Positions 9,631 through 20,796 of a stretch of 64,000 nt of DNA are shown here, in pieces. Source of the DNA: Klebsiella pneumoniae. Its GTDB lineage: Bacteria > Pseudomonadota > Gammaproteobacteria > Burkholderiales > UBA3065. The notes below the pieces were generated by a model. That model was given only the letters and a program-made list of their open reading frames with translations. It did no database searches and was not told where the DNA came from. The stretch lies in contig CAMDGF010000002.1 of the NCBI GenBank assembly GCA_945897555.1, positions 389-64,388 of the forward strand. Direction: 5' to 3'. Numbering within the stretch: the stretch's first letter is position 1; the number at the start of each line of letters is the position of its first letter. The position numbers and the translations under genes were made by a program.

Positions 9631-10998
9631 ATGCTGAGCCTTTACAACAGCCTGACCCGCCAAAAAGAGACCTTTCAGCCGATCGTGCCGGGTGAGGTGC
9701 GCATGTACGTGTGCGGCATGACCGTCTATGACTTCTGCCATGTCGGCCATGCGCGGGTCATGGTGGTCTTCGACGTCGTGGTGAGATGGTTGCGCGAAGG
9801 CGGCATGAAAGTGACTTATGTGCGCAATATCACCGATATTGACGACAAGATCATCAAGCGCGCCGCAGACAACGGCGAGCGCATCGGCGATCTGACCGGC
9901 CGCTTCATCGCCGCCATGAACGAGGACGCCGACGCGCTCGGCGTGACTCGCCCCGACTTTGAACCCAAGGCCACCGAGTACGTGGCACAGATGCTCGACA
10001 TGATCCGCACCCTGGAGACGCGTGGCTTGGCCTACGCGGCGCCGAATGGCGACGTGTACTACCGGGTGCGCGGCTTTGCTGGCTACGGCAAGCTGAGCGG
10101 CAAAGACCCTGACGACCTGCGCGCTGGCGAACGCGTGCAGGTGGGTGAGGCCAAAGAGGACCCGCTCGACTTCGTGCTGTGGAAGGCGGCCAAGCCTGGC
10201 GAGCCCAGCTGGGCGAGCCCATGGGGCGCCGGGCGCCCGGGCTGGCACATCGAATGTTCGGCCATGGCTGGCGCATTGTTGGGGCGCCAGTTCGACATCC
10301 ACGGGGGTGGCCAGGATCTGCAGTTCCCGCACCACGAGAACGAGATCGCCCAGAGTGAGGGCGCGCATCAGTGCACCTTTGCCAACTACTGGATGCACAA
10401 CGGTTTTGTGCGCGTCGACGACGAGAAGATGTCGAAGTCGCTCGGCAATTTCTTTACCGTGCGCGAGGTGCTGGCCAAGTACGCTCCCGAGGTGGTGCGC
10501 TTCTTCATCCTGCGTGCGCACTACCGCAGCCCGCTCAACTATTCCGACGCGCACCTCGACGACGCCCGCCGTGCGCTCGACTCGCTCTACATCACGCTGC
10601 GTGATGTGCCGCCGGCGGCCACGGCGATCGACTGGGCCGAGCTGCGTGCGGCGCGTTTTGCCGCGGCGATGGACGACGACTTCAACACGCCCGAGGCCTT
10701 GGCGGTGTTGTTCGAGCTCTCGACCGAGGCCAACCGCAGTAAATCGGCCGAGGCGAGCGGGCTGTTGCATGCACTCGGCGGGGTGTTGGGCCTGTTGCAG
10801 GCCGACCCTTCCGCCTATCTGCGCGGCCCAGCCGCCGCCGATGGCTTGAGCGATGCCGAGATCGACGCGCTGGTGGCCGAGCGCCGCGCTGCGAGGGCGT
10901 CCCGCGACTTCGCCCGTTCCGATGCCATCCGCGACCAATTGGCGGCCGCTGGGGTCACTCTGGAAGACACGCCGCAGGGTACGCTCTGGCGGCGCTGA
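9631..10998 (+). CDS. cysS: Cysteine--tRNA ligase
   Basis: [35 protein letters not shown]. Confidence 0.98.
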   Translation: MLSLYNSLTRQKETFQPIVPGEVRMYVCGMTVYDFCHVGHARVMVVFDVVVRWLREGGMKVTYVRNITDIDDKIIKRAADNGERIGDLTGRFIAAMNEDADALGVTRPDFEPKATEYVAQMLDMIRTLETRGLAYAAPNGDVYYRVRGFAGYGKLSGKDPDDLRAGERVQVGEAKEDPLDFVLWKAAKPGEPSWASPWGAGRPGWHIECSAMAGALLGRQFDIHGGGQDLQFPHHENEIAQSEGAHQCTFANYWMHNGFVRVDDEKMSKSLGNFFTVREVLAKYAPEVVRFFILRAHYRSPLNYSDAHLDDARRALDSLYITLRDVPPAATAIDWAELRAARFAAAMDDDFNTPEALAVLFELSTEANRSKSAEASGLLHALGGVLGLLQADPSAYLRGPAAADGLSDAEIDALVAERRAARASRDFARSDAIRDQLAAAGVTLEDTPQGTLWRR

Positions 10999-11031
10999 AG
11001 GCCGCGCTGCGTCTCCGTGGTCTGTGGACAA

Positions 11032-11061
11032 CAAAAAAGCCACCCGTGGGTGGCTTTTTTG
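11032..11061. terminator. Bidirectional intrinsic terminator (cysS / pqqA)
   Basis: CAAAAAAGCCACC-CGTG-GGTGGCTTTTTTG: GC stem with an A6 tract on one side and a T6 tract on the other. Confidence 0.92.
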
Positions 11062-11078
11062 CAGACAACGCGGCTCGC

Positions 11079-11150
11079 TTAGCGGGCGGCGATGTACATG
11101 GTGACTTCGAAACCGAAACGCAGGTCAGAGGCAGCGGGCTTGGTCCACAT
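11079..11150 (-). CDS. pqqA: Pyrroloquinoline quinone precursor peptide, MWTKPAASDLRFGFEVTMYIAAR (23 aa)
   Basis: Matches the PqqA consensus MWxKP...DLRxGFEVTMY with the E-x3-Y core. Strong SD AAGGAG upstream. Ends at a terminator. Confidence 0.95.
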   Translation of the reverse strand: MWTKPAASDLRFGFEVTMYIAAR

Positions 11151-11391
11151 GGTGATGCTCCTTGTTGGTTGACTGGGCAGCGCGGTGCGTTGCTGTGGGT
11201 GGAGTATCAGCGCTGGCCCCTCCGGATGCTTGCGCAGGCTGCTTGAACTAGCCTCATGAAAATACGTAGTCGCACCTTCGGCCTCCGCCGACCCGGCTCG
11301 GCGACAAGGCCCCGGAATCAGACGCTCGCGCCGCTCCGCCGTACAATCGCGCCTTTCCGCGAACCGCCCGTCCCTCTTGCGACGGCATGCC

Positions 11392-12933
11392 ATGACCGAC
11401 ACCAACCCGTCTGCCAACGGACCCGAAGCCGGCGAAGCCCCGGTCGACGAATCCCACATCATCGCCGAGCGGCGCGCCAAGCTGGCCCGTCTGCGTGAGG
11501 CCGGCCCGGCCTTCCCCAACGACTTCCGCCCACAGCATCAAGCCGCTGTGCTGCATGCCGCGCACGGCCACACCAGTGCCGAGGAGCTCGAAGCTACGCC
11601 GGTGCCAGCCTGCATCGCCGGCCGCATGATGCTCAAGCGCGTGATGGGCAAGGCCGCCTTCGGCACCCTGCAAGACAGCAGCGGCCGCATGCAGATCTAC
11701 GTGCAATTGGATGCCGTTGGCACCGACGCGCTGGAGGCCTTCAAGCACTGGGACCTGGGCGACATCCTCGGCGTCGAGGGCACGCTGATGAAGACCCGCA
11801 CCGGCGAGCTCACCGTGAAGGCCACCACCATCCGCCTGCTGACCAAGAGCCTGCGCCCCCTGCCGGACAAGTTCCACGGCCTGGCCGATCAGGAGATGAA
11901 GTACCGGCAACGCTATGTCGACCTCATCGTCTCGGAAGACACGCGCCGGACCTTCCTAGCGCGCAGCAAGATGATGTCGGCGATCCGCAACCAGATGGTC
12001 GAAGCCGGCTTTCTCGAGGTGGAGACGCCGATGCTGCACCCGATCCCGGGCGGCGCCGCGGCCAAGCCCTTCATCACCCACCACAACGCGCTCGACCAGG
12101 AGATGTTCCTGCGCATCGCGCCGGAGCTTTATCTGAAGCGGCTGGTGGTGGGCGGATTCGAGCGCGTGTTCGAGGTCAACCGCAACTTCCGCAACGAGGG
12201 CCTGAGCCCGCGCCACAACCCCGAATTCACCATGATGGAGTTCTACGCGGCCTACACCGACTACGTGTGGCTGATGGACTTTACCGAGGCGCTGATCCGC
12301 CGCGCGGCTGTGGAGGCGACCGGCAGCGCGCTGCTGCAGTACCAGGGCCGCGAGCTGGACATGTCGCAGCCGTTTGCGCGGCTGACCATCGTGCAGGCGA
12401 TCAAGGCGCACGCGCCGCACTACACCGACGCGCAACTGGCTGATGCGGCCTTCCTGCGCAGCGAGCTCAAGCGGCTGGGCGCGCACGTCGAGGGCCCGCA
12501 GCTCAAGAACGCCGGCCTGGGTGCGCTGCAACTGGCGCTGTTCGAGGAGACCGCTGAGTCGCACCTGTGGGCGCCGACCTTCATCATCGATTACCCGGTC
12601 GAGGTGAGCCCGCTGGCGCGCGAATCGGACACGCGCCCCGGCATCACCGAGCGCTTCGAGCTGTTCATCGTCGGCCGCGAGATCGCCAACGGCTTTTCCG
12701 AGCTCAACGATGCCGAGGACCAGGCGGCACGCTTCCAGGCGCAAGTGGCGGCCAAGGATGCCGGTGACCACGAGGCGATGCACTTCGACGCCGACTACAT
12801 CCGCGCGCTGGAATATGGCCTGCCACCCACCGGCGGCTGCGGCATCGGCATCGACCGCCTGGCCATGCTGCTGACCGACAGCCCGGCCATCCGCGACGTC
12901 ATCCTCTTCCCCGCGCTCAAGCGCGAGGGCTAG
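11392..12933 (+). CDS. lysS: Lysine--tRNA ligase (class II)
   Basis: [47 protein letters not shown]. -10-like TACAAT at 11342. Confidence 0.98.
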   Translation: MTDTNPSANGPEAGEAPVDESHIIAERRAKLARLREAGPAFPNDFRPQHQAAVLHAAHGHTSAEELEATPVPACIAGRMMLKRVMGKAAFGTLQDSSGRMQIYVQLDAVGTDALEAFKHWDLGDILGVEGTLMKTRTGELTVKATTIRLLTKSLRPLPDKFHGLADQEMKYRQRYVDLIVSEDTRRTFLARSKMMSAIRNQMVEAGFLEVETPMLHPIPGGAAAKPFITHHNALDQEMFLRIAPELYLKRLVVGGFERVFEVNRNFRNEGLSPRHNPEFTMMEFYAAYTDYVWLMDFTEALIRRAAVEATGSALLQYQGRELDMSQPFARLTIVQAIKAHAPHYTDAQLADAAFLRSELKRLGAHVEGPQLKNAGLGALQLALFEETAESHLWAPTFIIDYPVEVSPLARESDTRPGITERFELFIVGREIANGFSELNDAEDQAARFQAQVAAKDAGDHEAMHFDADYIRALEYGLPPTGGCGIGIDRLAMLLTDSPAIRDVILFPALKREG

Positions 12934-12936
12934 CCG

Positions 12937-14991
12937 GTGCGGCGGCTGCAGCCCGGCCGCATCGTCCAGCAGGACGACGGCTCGCTGCTGGCGCCGGATT
13001 TTGGCGACACCTACGCCAGCCGGGCCGGGGCGCTGGCGCAGTCGCGCGCGGTGTTCCTCGCCGGCTGCGACCTGCCGGCACGGCTTGCCGGGCGTTCGCA
13101 CACGGTTCTGGAGACCGGCTTCGGCACCGGGCTGAATGCGTTGGCGCTGGCCCAGATGCAGGCGGAGTTGCCACTCGACGGTACCCCTGTTCCTGGCCTA
13201 AGGACCTCCTCCGGAACTCGCGTTTCCGATGCATCGACCGCCGATGCTTGCCATATCCACTACGTCGGCATCGAGGCCCACCCGCTGTCGCGCGACGACC
13301 TTGCGCTGGCGCTGGCGCCCTTCGACGAGCTGGCACCCTGGCGTGAGGCGCTTCTGGCTGCGTGGCCGCTGCCGATGCAGGGGTTCTACCGCATCCCGCT
13401 GGGCGAGCGCTTCACCCTGACCTTGGTGTTCGATGAGGTACTGGCGGCGCTGCAGGCGCTGGAGTGTGGGGCCGACAGCGTCTTCCTCGACGGCTTCGCG
13501 CCCGACCGCAACCCGGCCATGTGGCGGCCTGAGGTGCTTGCGGAGCTTGTCGCTCACTGTCGCCCAGGAGCCCGCATCGCGAGTTGGTGCGTGGCCGGCC
13601 AGGTTCGGCGTGCGCTTGAGGCAGCCGGCTGCCAGGTGGAGCGCAAGCCCGGCTTCGCGGCCAAGCGCGAGCGGCTGGAGGCGGTGGCCCGCTTCGAGCG
13701 TGTTTTAGGGTGGCGGGCCGGGCCTACCGGTAGTGGGGCTTCCTTGCAGATGGCTCCGCAGTCTGCTGCGAAAGCCCCACCTACCGCTCTCCCGGCCAGC
13801 GACGGTCCACGCGGCACTGCGGGCCACCCAGAGGCACCTCCCGCGAGTCACTCTGCCATCCCGGAGCGTGCGCTGATCATCGGCGCCGGCATCGCTGGGG
13901 CGAGCGCCGCCGTAGCGCTGGCTGCGCGCGGCATCGCCGTGACGGTGATCGAGGCTGACGCGCCAGCCAGCGGCGCCTCCGGTAATCCGCTCGGCGTGGT
14001 GCGGCCGGAGCCCTCGGGTATCGATCACCCGATCTCTGCGCTCACCGCCTGGTCGACCTGGTGGCTGGAGCGCTGGCTTGAGCGACAGGGGCCGGGCAGC
14101 GCGGCGGTCCGTTATGAACGCTGCGGCGCCCTGCGTCTGCCGCGCGACGACAAGCATGTGCGTCGGCTGCGCGAGCACGCCGATGCGGCACCTGCTGACT
14201 GGATGCACTGGATGCCCGCCGATCAGGCGATGGCGCGAACGGGGCAGGCGGTGGCCGGCGATGGTGTCTGGATCGCGGATGGCCTGAGCGTGGTACCCGG
14301 CGATCTGGTGCGGCAGATGCTCACGGTATCGGGGGCCACGCTGGTGAAGGGCGAGGTTCGGCGCGTCGAGTGCCAGCCGGCGGGCGGCGAGTTGCCGGCT
14401 GGGGAGGCAGCCTGGCGCGTGACCCTGGCCGATGGCAGCAGCTGCACTTGGCCACTCGTGATCGTCGCCAATGCATTTGGAGTGAGTGGTCACTTGCACC
14501 TACCGCTCCGACATGTGAGGGGCCAGTTGTCTTGGGCCGAGGCTGACGCGGCGCGGCCGCTGGACGCCATCGTCTGCCGCGAGGGCTACGTCACGCCGGC
14601 CCTGGATGGCCGGCACATCGTTGGCGCCACCTTCCAGCGCGACGATGCCGACCTCGCCCCGCGCGATGAGGACGACGAGACCAACCGCTGGCGGCTCAGC
14701 CGGCTGGTACCCGGCTGGGGAGACCAGCCACTCACCTCGGCACGGGTCTCGGTGCGTGCCGCCACGCCGGACCGCTTGCCGCTGGTCGGCGCGCTCGCGC
14801 CCGGCCTGTTCGCCAGCCTGGGGCATGGCAGTCGCGGCCTGACCTGCGCGCCCCTCTGCGGCGAATTGTTGGCCAGCAGGGTCTGCGGCGAGCCGCTGCC
14901 GCTGCCGCGTGACCTTGTCCGCCGGCTCGATCCGCTGCGTTTTGGTGAACTGGCGTCGCACCCGGAGCGGGTCAAGGTGTCGGATGACTGA
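12937..14991 (+). CDS. mnmC: Bifunctional tRNA mnm5s2U34 methyltransferase / FAD-dependent oxidoreductase
   Basis: N-domain ETGFGTGLN, FLDGFAPDRNPAMW, KPGFAAKRE. C-domain IGAGIAG, ASGN, RGQ, GSRGL. Confidence 0.92.
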   Translation: MRRLQPGRIVQQDDGSLLAPDFGDTYASRAGALAQSRAVFLAGCDLPARLAGRSHTVLETGFGTGLNALALAQMQAELPLDGTPVPGLRTSSGTRVSDASTADACHIHYVGIEAHPLSRDDLALALAPFDELAPWREALLAAWPLPMQGFYRIPLGERFTLTLVFDEVLAALQALECGADSVFLDGFAPDRNPAMWRPEVLAELVAHCRPGARIASWCVAGQVRRALEAAGCQVERKPGFAAKRERLEAVARFERVLGWRAGPTGSGASLQMAPQSAAKAPPTALPASDGPRGTAGHPEAPPASHSAIPERALIIGAGIAGASAAVALAARGIAVTVIEADAPASGASGNPLGVVRPEPSGIDHPISALTAWSTWWLERWLERQGPGSAAVRYERCGALRLPRDDKHVRRLREHADAAPADWMHWMPADQAMARTGQAVAGDGVWIADGLSVVPGDLVRQMLTVSGATLVKGEVRRVECQPAGGELPAGEAAWRVTLADGSSCTWPLVIVANAFGVSGHLHLPLRHVRGQLSWAEADAARPLDAIVCREGYVTPALDGRHIVGATFQRDDADLAPRDEDDETNRWRLSRLVPGWGDQPLTSARVSVRAATPDRLPLVGALAPGLFASLGHGSRGLTCAPLCGELLASRVCGEPLPLPRDLVRRLDPLRFGELASHPERVKVSDD

Positions 14992-15052
14992 GGTGGCCGG
15001 CCCGCTGCCCGCGTAGCACCATCGCAACGACCGACCGACCGACCAAAGAACC

Positions 15053-17362
15053 GTGCCCTCCGACGCCACCGCCGCTCTCACTTCCATCGATCTCCAGATC
15101 GAAGGCATGCACTGCGGCGGCTGTGCCTTGCGTCTGGAGAAGGCGCTCGCCGCCGAGCCGGGTGTGCGGCATGCCGAGGTGAACTACGCCACCGCCAGCG
15201 CGCATCTGGTTCTGGCAGCGGATGGCCCGGACGCCACACGTCTGGCCAAGGTGGTCGAGGCGACGGGATACCGGGTGCTTGCAAGCGGATCGCCCACGGC
15301 AGAGGGCGAGCACGACCCACTGCTGTGGATGTCGGTGCTGCTCGCGCTGCCCTTTCTCGCTTCGATGCTGGCGATGGCAGCTGGCGTGCACGCGCTCGTG
15401 CTGCCGCCGTGGCTGGAGTTGGCGCTGGCCACGCCAGTACAGTTGATTGCCGGGGCGCGTTTCTACCGTGGCGCCTGGGCCTCCATCCGCGGCGGGCTCG
15501 CCAATATGGACGTGCTGGTGGCGCTCGGCACCTCGGCCGCTTACGGCCTGAGCCTGTGGGCTTGGCACAGCGGTGGTCCGCTCTATTTCGAGTCTGCGGT
15601 GCTGATCATCGCCCTGGTGCGCGTCGGCAAGCGCCTTGAGGAGCACGCGCGGCTGCGCGCCAACCGCGACCTGCGGGCGCTGCTCGACCTCGCTCCGCAG
15701 CGTGCCTGGGTCGAGCGGGAGGGCGTCTGGCAGGAGGTCGATGCCGCCACGCTGCTGCCCGGCGAGACATTCCGTGTGCCGACCGGCGAGTCGGTGCCGG
15801 TGGATGGTGTGCTGTTCGACGAGAGTGACGAGCACATCGCCGCGGCCCACCTCGACGAGTCCATGCTCACCGGCGAGTCGCTGCCGGTGGCGCGCAAGCA
15901 TGGCGACGCGGTCTTCGCCGGCACGCTCAACGTCGGCGCACTGCTGCTTGCGCGTGCCACCGCCACGGGTCGCGATACGGTGCTCGCCGGCATCGTGCGG
16001 CGGGTGCGCGCGGCGCAGGCCGCCAAGCCGCCGATCCAGCGATTGGCCGACCGCATCTCTGGCGTCTTTGTACCGGTGGTGGTGGGTCTTGCCATCGCCA
16101 CCGCAGCCGCTTGGGCATGGTTCGGGCTAGCCGGCGACGGACTGGTGCATGCCATCGCCGTGCTGGTCATCGCCTGCCCGTGCGCGCTGGGGCTGGCTAC
16201 GCCGACCGCCATCCTGGTGGCCACCGGACGCGCCGCGCGACGTGGCCTGCTGTTCCGCGACGCCGCCGCGCTGGAGCACGCCGCGCGCATCGACACGCTG
16301 GTCATCGACAAGACCGGCACGCTGACGGTCGGCAAGCCGCAGGTGGTGGTGCAGGCGGGGTGGCGGCGTATGGGTCGAGTGGACGCGGACGCCGATCGCC
16401 CGCAGGCTGCATCCGTCCGCGGGGCAACTCAAAAGACCGGGGTGCATGAGGGGGAACTGCCGCGCGGCCTCTCCAACATGGAGGCGTCAGACATCGCCTC
16501 GCGTATGGCGTCTGCTTCGACGCACCCGCTGGCACGCGCGATCGCCGAGCACCTCGCTGCCGACAAAGGCTCCGCGGCTGGCCGTAAGGTGCCAAAGGCC
16601 AGCCCGGCGGGCGAGTCCGGGGCGGCGCCGGTCGCTGCCGTGCAGCTTCGCGTGCGCACCGTCGCCGGCCGCGGTGTGCGCGCTGAGCTCGATGGCGTGG
16701 AGTGGGTGCTCGGCTCAGCCGAGTGGCTGGCCGCGCGTGGCACGCCCTTGCCCGAGGACTGGCTGGCGCAGGCGCACCAGCGTGGCCTGAGCGTGGTCGG
16801 GCTGGCCGATGCCAGCCGGGTCCGCATGGCCTGGGGGCTGGCAGACACCCTGCGGCCGGACGCCAAGGCCGCCATCAGCGCGCTGCAGGGCCTGGGCGTG
16901 CGCCTGATCCTGCTCAGCGGCGACAACGAGGCCGCTGTGCGGCCGGTTGCGGCCGAGCTCGGCATCACCGAATGGCGCGCCGGCGTCAGCGTGCAGGCCA
17001 AGGCCGATGCGGTGCAGGCCCTGCGCGCCGAGGGCCGCATGGTCGGCATGGCTGGCGATGGCATCAATGACGCGCCGGCACTCGCGGCGGCCTCGGTGAG
17101 CTTTGCCATGGCGGGTGGCTCGGCAGCCGCCATCGAGACCGCCGACGTGGTGCTGATGCGCGACGCCGTGGCGGCCATCCCGCAGGCGATCGAGCTCTCG
17201 CGCGTCACGCGGCGGCGGATCTGGCAGAACTTGGGTTTCGCACTCGGCTACAACGTGCTGGCGATCCCGGCTGCCGCGGCCGGCCTGCTGACCCCCGCCA
17301 TCGCTGCCGCGGCGATGGCGGCGAGTTCGCTGTCGGTGGTCGGCAACGCGCTTCGCCGCTAA
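15053..17362 (+). CDS. copA: Cu(I)-translocating P1B-type ATPase
   Basis: GMHCGGC metal-binding domain, [30 protein letters not shown] and MAASS transmembrane ligands. Confidence 0.9.
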   Translation: MPSDATAALTSIDLQIEGMHCGGCALRLEKALAAEPGVRHAEVNYATASAHLVLAADGPDATRLAKVVEATGYRVLASGSPTAEGEHDPLLWMSVLLALPFLASMLAMAAGVHALVLPPWLELALATPVQLIAGARFYRGAWASIRGGLANMDVLVALGTSAAYGLSLWAWHSGGPLYFESAVLIIALVRVGKRLEEHARLRANRDLRALLDLAPQRAWVEREGVWQEVDAATLLPGETFRVPTGESVPVDGVLFDESDEHIAAAHLDESMLTGESLPVARKHGDAVFAGTLNVGALLLARATATGRDTVLAGIVRRVRAAQAAKPPIQRLADRISGVFVPVVVGLAIATAAAWAWFGLAGDGLVHAIAVLVIACPCALGLATPTAILVATGRAARRGLLFRDAAALEHAARIDTLVIDKTGTLTVGKPQVVVQAGWRRMGRVDADADRPQAASVRGATQKTGVHEGELPRGLSNMEASDIASRMASASTHPLARAIAEHLAADKGSAAGRKVPKASPAGESGAAPVAAVQLRVRTVAGRGVRAELDGVEWVLGSAEWLAARGTPLPEDWLAQAHQRGLSVVGLADASRVRMAWGLADTLRPDAKAAISALQGLGVRLILLSGDNEAAVRPVAAELGITEWRAGVSVQAKADAVQALRAEGRMVGMAGDGINDAPALAAASVSFAMAGGSAAAIETADVVLMRDAVAAIPQAIELSRVTRRRIWQNLGFALGYNVLAIPAAAAGLLTPAIAAAAMAASSLSVVGNALRR

Positions 17363-17406
17363 ACTTGCGGCCCCCGTTGCTGTGGCGACGACCCCGCGAG
17401 AACACC

Positions 17407-18054
17407 GTGACCGGCATCACTCTCGCCCTCTCCAAGGGCCGCATCTTCGAAGAGACTATGCCTCTGCTCGAGGCGGCCGGCATCCGTCCGCTCGAGGACC
17501 CCGAGTCCTCGCGCAAGCTCATCATCGCCACCGAGCGGCCCGACGTACGCGTGCTCATCGTCCGCGCCACCGATGTGCCGACCTACGTTCAGCATGGCGC
17601 CGCCGACCTCGGCGTGGCCGGCCGTGATGTGCTGCTCGAGCACGGGGGTGACAGCCTGGTGCAGCCGCTCGACCTGCAGATCGCGCGCTGCCGCATGATG
17701 GTCGCCTGCGCCGAGGGCTTCGACTACGCCAGCGCGGTGAGGTCTGGTGCGCGGCTGCGCGTCGCCACCAAGTACGTCTCGATCGCCCGCGAGCACTTTG
17801 CCGCCAAGGGCGTCCACGTCGACCTCATCAAGCTCTACGGCTCGATGGAGCTGGCGCCGCTGGTCGGGCTGGCAGACGTGATCGTCGACCTGGTCTCCAC
17901 CGGAGGCACGCTCAAGGCCAACAAGCTCGTCGCGGTGGAGGAGGTGATGCCGATCAGCTCGCGGCTGGTGGTCAACCGCGCCGCGCTCAAGCTGCGCGGC
18001 GCCGAGATCGACCCGATCATCCAGTGCTTCGCCGGGGCGCTGGCGCCGGCTTAG
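17407..18054 (+). CDS. hisG: ATP phosphoribosyltransferase, short form (needs HisZ)
   Basis: [45 protein letters not shown]. About 215 aa. Confidence 0.96.
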   Translation: MTGITLALSKGRIFEETMPLLEAAGIRPLEDPESSRKLIIATERPDVRVLIVRATDVPTYVQHGAADLGVAGRDVLLEHGGDSLVQPLDLQIARCRMMVACAEGFDYASAVRSGARLRVATKYVSIAREHFAAKGVHVDLIKLYGSMELAPLVGLADVIVDLVSTGGTLKANKLVAVEEVMPISSRLVVNRAALKLRGAEIDPIIQCFAGALAPA

Positions 18055-18185
18055 AGGGCTTGGCGCCGGTCGAGAGACGGGCGCCGAACGAACTCAGTCC
18101 AGAATCGGCAATCAGAAGGTCCGCTGAATGCAAGTCGCACTCAAGCCCGCGAGATCCGTTCAAACCCGATGCTTTGAAGAGACGC

Positions 18186-19487
18186 ATGGCACTTATTCAT
18201 AAACTCGATTCCCGCGACGCCGACTTCCAGCAGAGGCTCTCCGCGCTGCTCGCCTTCGAGGCCTCGACCGACGACGCCATCGAGACAGCCGTCGCCCAGA
18301 TCCTCGACCGCGTCCGCCGCGAGGGCGATGCCGCGGTGCTCGAGTTCACGCGCCGCTTCGATGGCCTCGACGCGCCGGATATGGCCGCGCTCGAGCTGCC
18401 GCGCGCCGAGTTGCTGCGCGCCCGCGACGCGCTGCCGGTGCCTGAGCGCGAGGCGCTGGAACTGGCGGTCGAGCGCGTCCGCGCCTACCACCAGCGCCAG
18501 TTGATGACCGACTGGGACTACACCGAGGCGGATGGCACCGTCCTCGGCCAAAAAGTCACTCCGCTCGACCGCGCCGGCCTCTACGTGCCGGGCGGCAAGG
18601 CGTCCTACCCCTCCAGCGTGGTGATGAACGCGGTGCCGGCCAAGGTGGCTGGCGTCGGCGAGCTGATCATGGTGGTGCCGACCCCTCGCGGCGAGAAGAA
18701 CCCGCTGGTGCTGGCCGCTGCGGCCGTCACCGGTGTCGACCGCGTGTTCACCATCGGTGGGGCGCAGGCGGTGGGCGCGCTGGCCTATGGCACGCAGACC
18801 ATCCCGCAGGTCGACAAGATCACTGGCCCCGGCAACGCCTACGTGGCCTCGGCCAAGCGCCGCGTGTTCGGCACGGTGGGCATCGACATGGTCGCTGGCC
18901 CCTCCGAGGTGCTGATCATCTCCGACGGCCACGGTGACCCGGACTGGGTGGCGATGGACCTCTTCGCGCAGGCCGAACATGATGAGCTGGCGCAGTCCAT
19001 CCTGCTGTGTACGGACGCCAACTTCATCGAACGCGTACTCAATAGCATCGAAAAGCTGCTGCCGACCATGCCGCGCGCAGAGACCATCCGTACCTCGCTG
19101 GCCAACCGCGGCGCGCTGGTGCTGGTACGCAGTCTCGACGAGGCCTGCGACATCGCCAGCCACATCGCGCCCGAGCACCTCGAGATCTGCACCGAGGATC
19201 CGCGCGCGCTGGTGCCAAAGATCCGCCACGCCGGCGCGATGTTCCTCGGCCACTATTCGGTGGAGGCGCTGGGCGACTACTGCGCCGGCCCCAACCACGT
19301 GCTGCCGACCATGCGTTCGGCGCGCTTCTCCAGCCCTCTCGGCGTCTACGACTTCCAGAAGCGCACCAGCATCCTGGAGATCTCTGAGGCCGGCGCGCAG
19401 GTGCTGGGCCGCGCCGCGAGCATCCTTGCCCATGGCGAGGGCTTGCAGGCGCACGCCAGGAGTGCGGAGTACCGCGTCAAAAGTTGA
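18186..19487 (+). CDS. hisD: Histidinol dehydrogenase
   Basis: [54 protein letters not shown]. Confidence 0.97.
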   Translation: MALIHKLDSRDADFQQRLSALLAFEASTDDAIETAVAQILDRVRREGDAAVLEFTRRFDGLDAPDMAALELPRAELLRARDALPVPEREALELAVERVRAYHQRQLMTDWDYTEADGTVLGQKVTPLDRAGLYVPGGKASYPSSVVMNAVPAKVAGVGELIMVVPTPRGEKNPLVLAAAAVTGVDRVFTIGGAQAVGALAYGTQTIPQVDKITGPGNAYVASAKRRVFGTVGIDMVAGPSEVLIISDGHGDPDWVAMDLFAQAEHDELAQSILLCTDANFIERVLNSIEKLLPTMPRAETIRTSLANRGALVLVRSLDEACDIASHIAPEHLEICTEDPRALVPKIRHAGAMFLGHYSVEALGDYCAGPNHVLPTMRSARFSSPLGVYDFQKRTSILEISEAGAQVLGRAASILAHGEGLQAHARSAEYRVKS

Positions 19488-19579
19488 CGTGTGCCGCAGC
19501 CCGGCCGGTCACCGTCACCGGCAAGGGAATCAACGTCCCTTCGTGGCGACCTCGCGTAATGCGGGAGCGACAGGAGGAG

Positions 19580-20653
19580 TCAGTCGCGGCCGAGGGGAAG
19601 AGCCTTTAGCGCCGCCATCAGCGCCGCCGTCTGTTCATCCGTCCCCACCGTGATCCGCAGGAAGCTCGCGATCCGCTCTGGCCGCGCGAAATGCCGCACG
19701 ATGACGCCCTGTTCGCGCAACTTGGCATTGATTTCGCCGGCGTTGGCGCTGCCGTGCCGCGCGAACACGAAATTGGCCGCGGACGGCAGCACTTCGAATC
19801 CAAGCTTTTGTAGACCGCGGACCATGACGTCCCGCGTCGCCATCACGCGGCGCCGGGTCTGCTCGAACCACTCCGCATCAGCAAAACTCGCCGCGGCACC
19901 AGCCAGCGCCAGCCGGTCCAGCGGGTAGCTGTTAAAGCTGTCCTTCACCCGCATCAGCGCCTCGACCAGCGGCGCCTGGCCGATGGCGTAGCCCACGCGC
20001 AGCCCGGCCAGCCCGCGGCCCTTGGACAGGGTGTGGCTCACCAGCACGTTGGGGTATTTGTGCACCAGACCGACCGCGCTCTCGGTGCCAAAGTCCACAT
20101 ACGCCTCGTCGACCAGCACCGGAATGTCGGGCCGCCCTGCCACCAACCGCTCCACCTCGGCCAGCGGCAGCGCCATCCCGGTCGGCGCGTTGGGGTTGGG
20201 GAAGATCGCCGCGCCGATGTCGGCGCCGATGTAGTCTTCGACCCGGATCGAGAAGTCTTCGGCGAGCGGGATCACGTGCGGCGTGATGCCGTAGAGCCCG
20301 CAGTAGACCGGGTAGAAGCTGTAGGAGATGTCGGGGAATGCCAACGGCCGCTCGTGCTTGAGCAGCGCGCAGAAGGCGTGCGCCAGGACCTCGTCCGAGC
20401 CGTTGCCAACGAACACCTCCTCAACCGCCACACCGTGATGCGCGGCGATGGCGCGGCGCAGCTCCAACGCGGTCGGGTCGGGGTACAGGCGCAGATCGTC
20501 GCTGTTGGCGGCGGCAATCGCGGCCAGCACGCTCGGCCCCGGGCCGTAGGGGTTCTCGTTGGTGTTGAGCTTGACCAGGTTGGCCATGCGCGGCTGCTCG
20601 CCCGGCACATAAGGTGTCAGTCGGTGGACGACGTCACTCCAGTAGCGGCTCAT
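19580..20653 (-). CDS. hisC: Histidinol-phosphate aminotransferase (opposite strand to the rest of the his operon)
   Basis: [52 protein letters not shown] (PLP Lys), LRITVG. Confidence 0.95.
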   Translation of the reverse strand: MSRYWSDVVHRLTPYVPGEQPRMANLVKLNTNENPYGPGPSVLAAIAAANSDDLRLYPDPTALELRRAIAAHHGVAVEEVFVGNGSDEVLAHAFCALLKHERPLAFPDISYSFYPVYCGLYGITPHVIPLAEDFSIRVEDYIGADIGAAIFPNPNAPTGMALPLAEVERLVAGRPDIPVLVDEAYVDFGTESAVGLVHKYPNVLVSHTLSKGRGLAGLRVGYAIGQAPLVEALMRVKDSFNSYPLDRLALAGAAASFADAEWFEQTRRRVMATRDVMVRGLQKLGFEVLPSAANFVFARHGSANAGEINAKLREQGVIVRHFARPERIASFLRITVGTDEQTAALMAALKALPLGRD

Positions 20654-20796
20654 CGGTTCGCTCGCGGGTCGGGCAGCAAAGACTCTCAGGTTAGATGGCG
20701 CGCGCCCTGCCGGCATGGCTCGGCAAGGCCGCGAAGCGCTGCGATGCTATCATTTGCGCACTTTTTAACCGGGCTGACACAGCCCCAGAACCGCTC

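Noticed and set aside
11079-11519. 146-aa minus-strand ORF
   Set aside because: Only its last 23 codons (pqqA, with its own SD) look real. The rest overlaps lysS and its promoter.
18035-18086. Degenerate tandem GGGC..TGGCGCCGG..AGA repeats at the hisG end, and an AT-richer hisG-hisD spacer
   Set aside because: Only two to three short imperfect GC-rich copies with no spacers. Not a CRISPR array or a convincing att site; at most a small local duplication.
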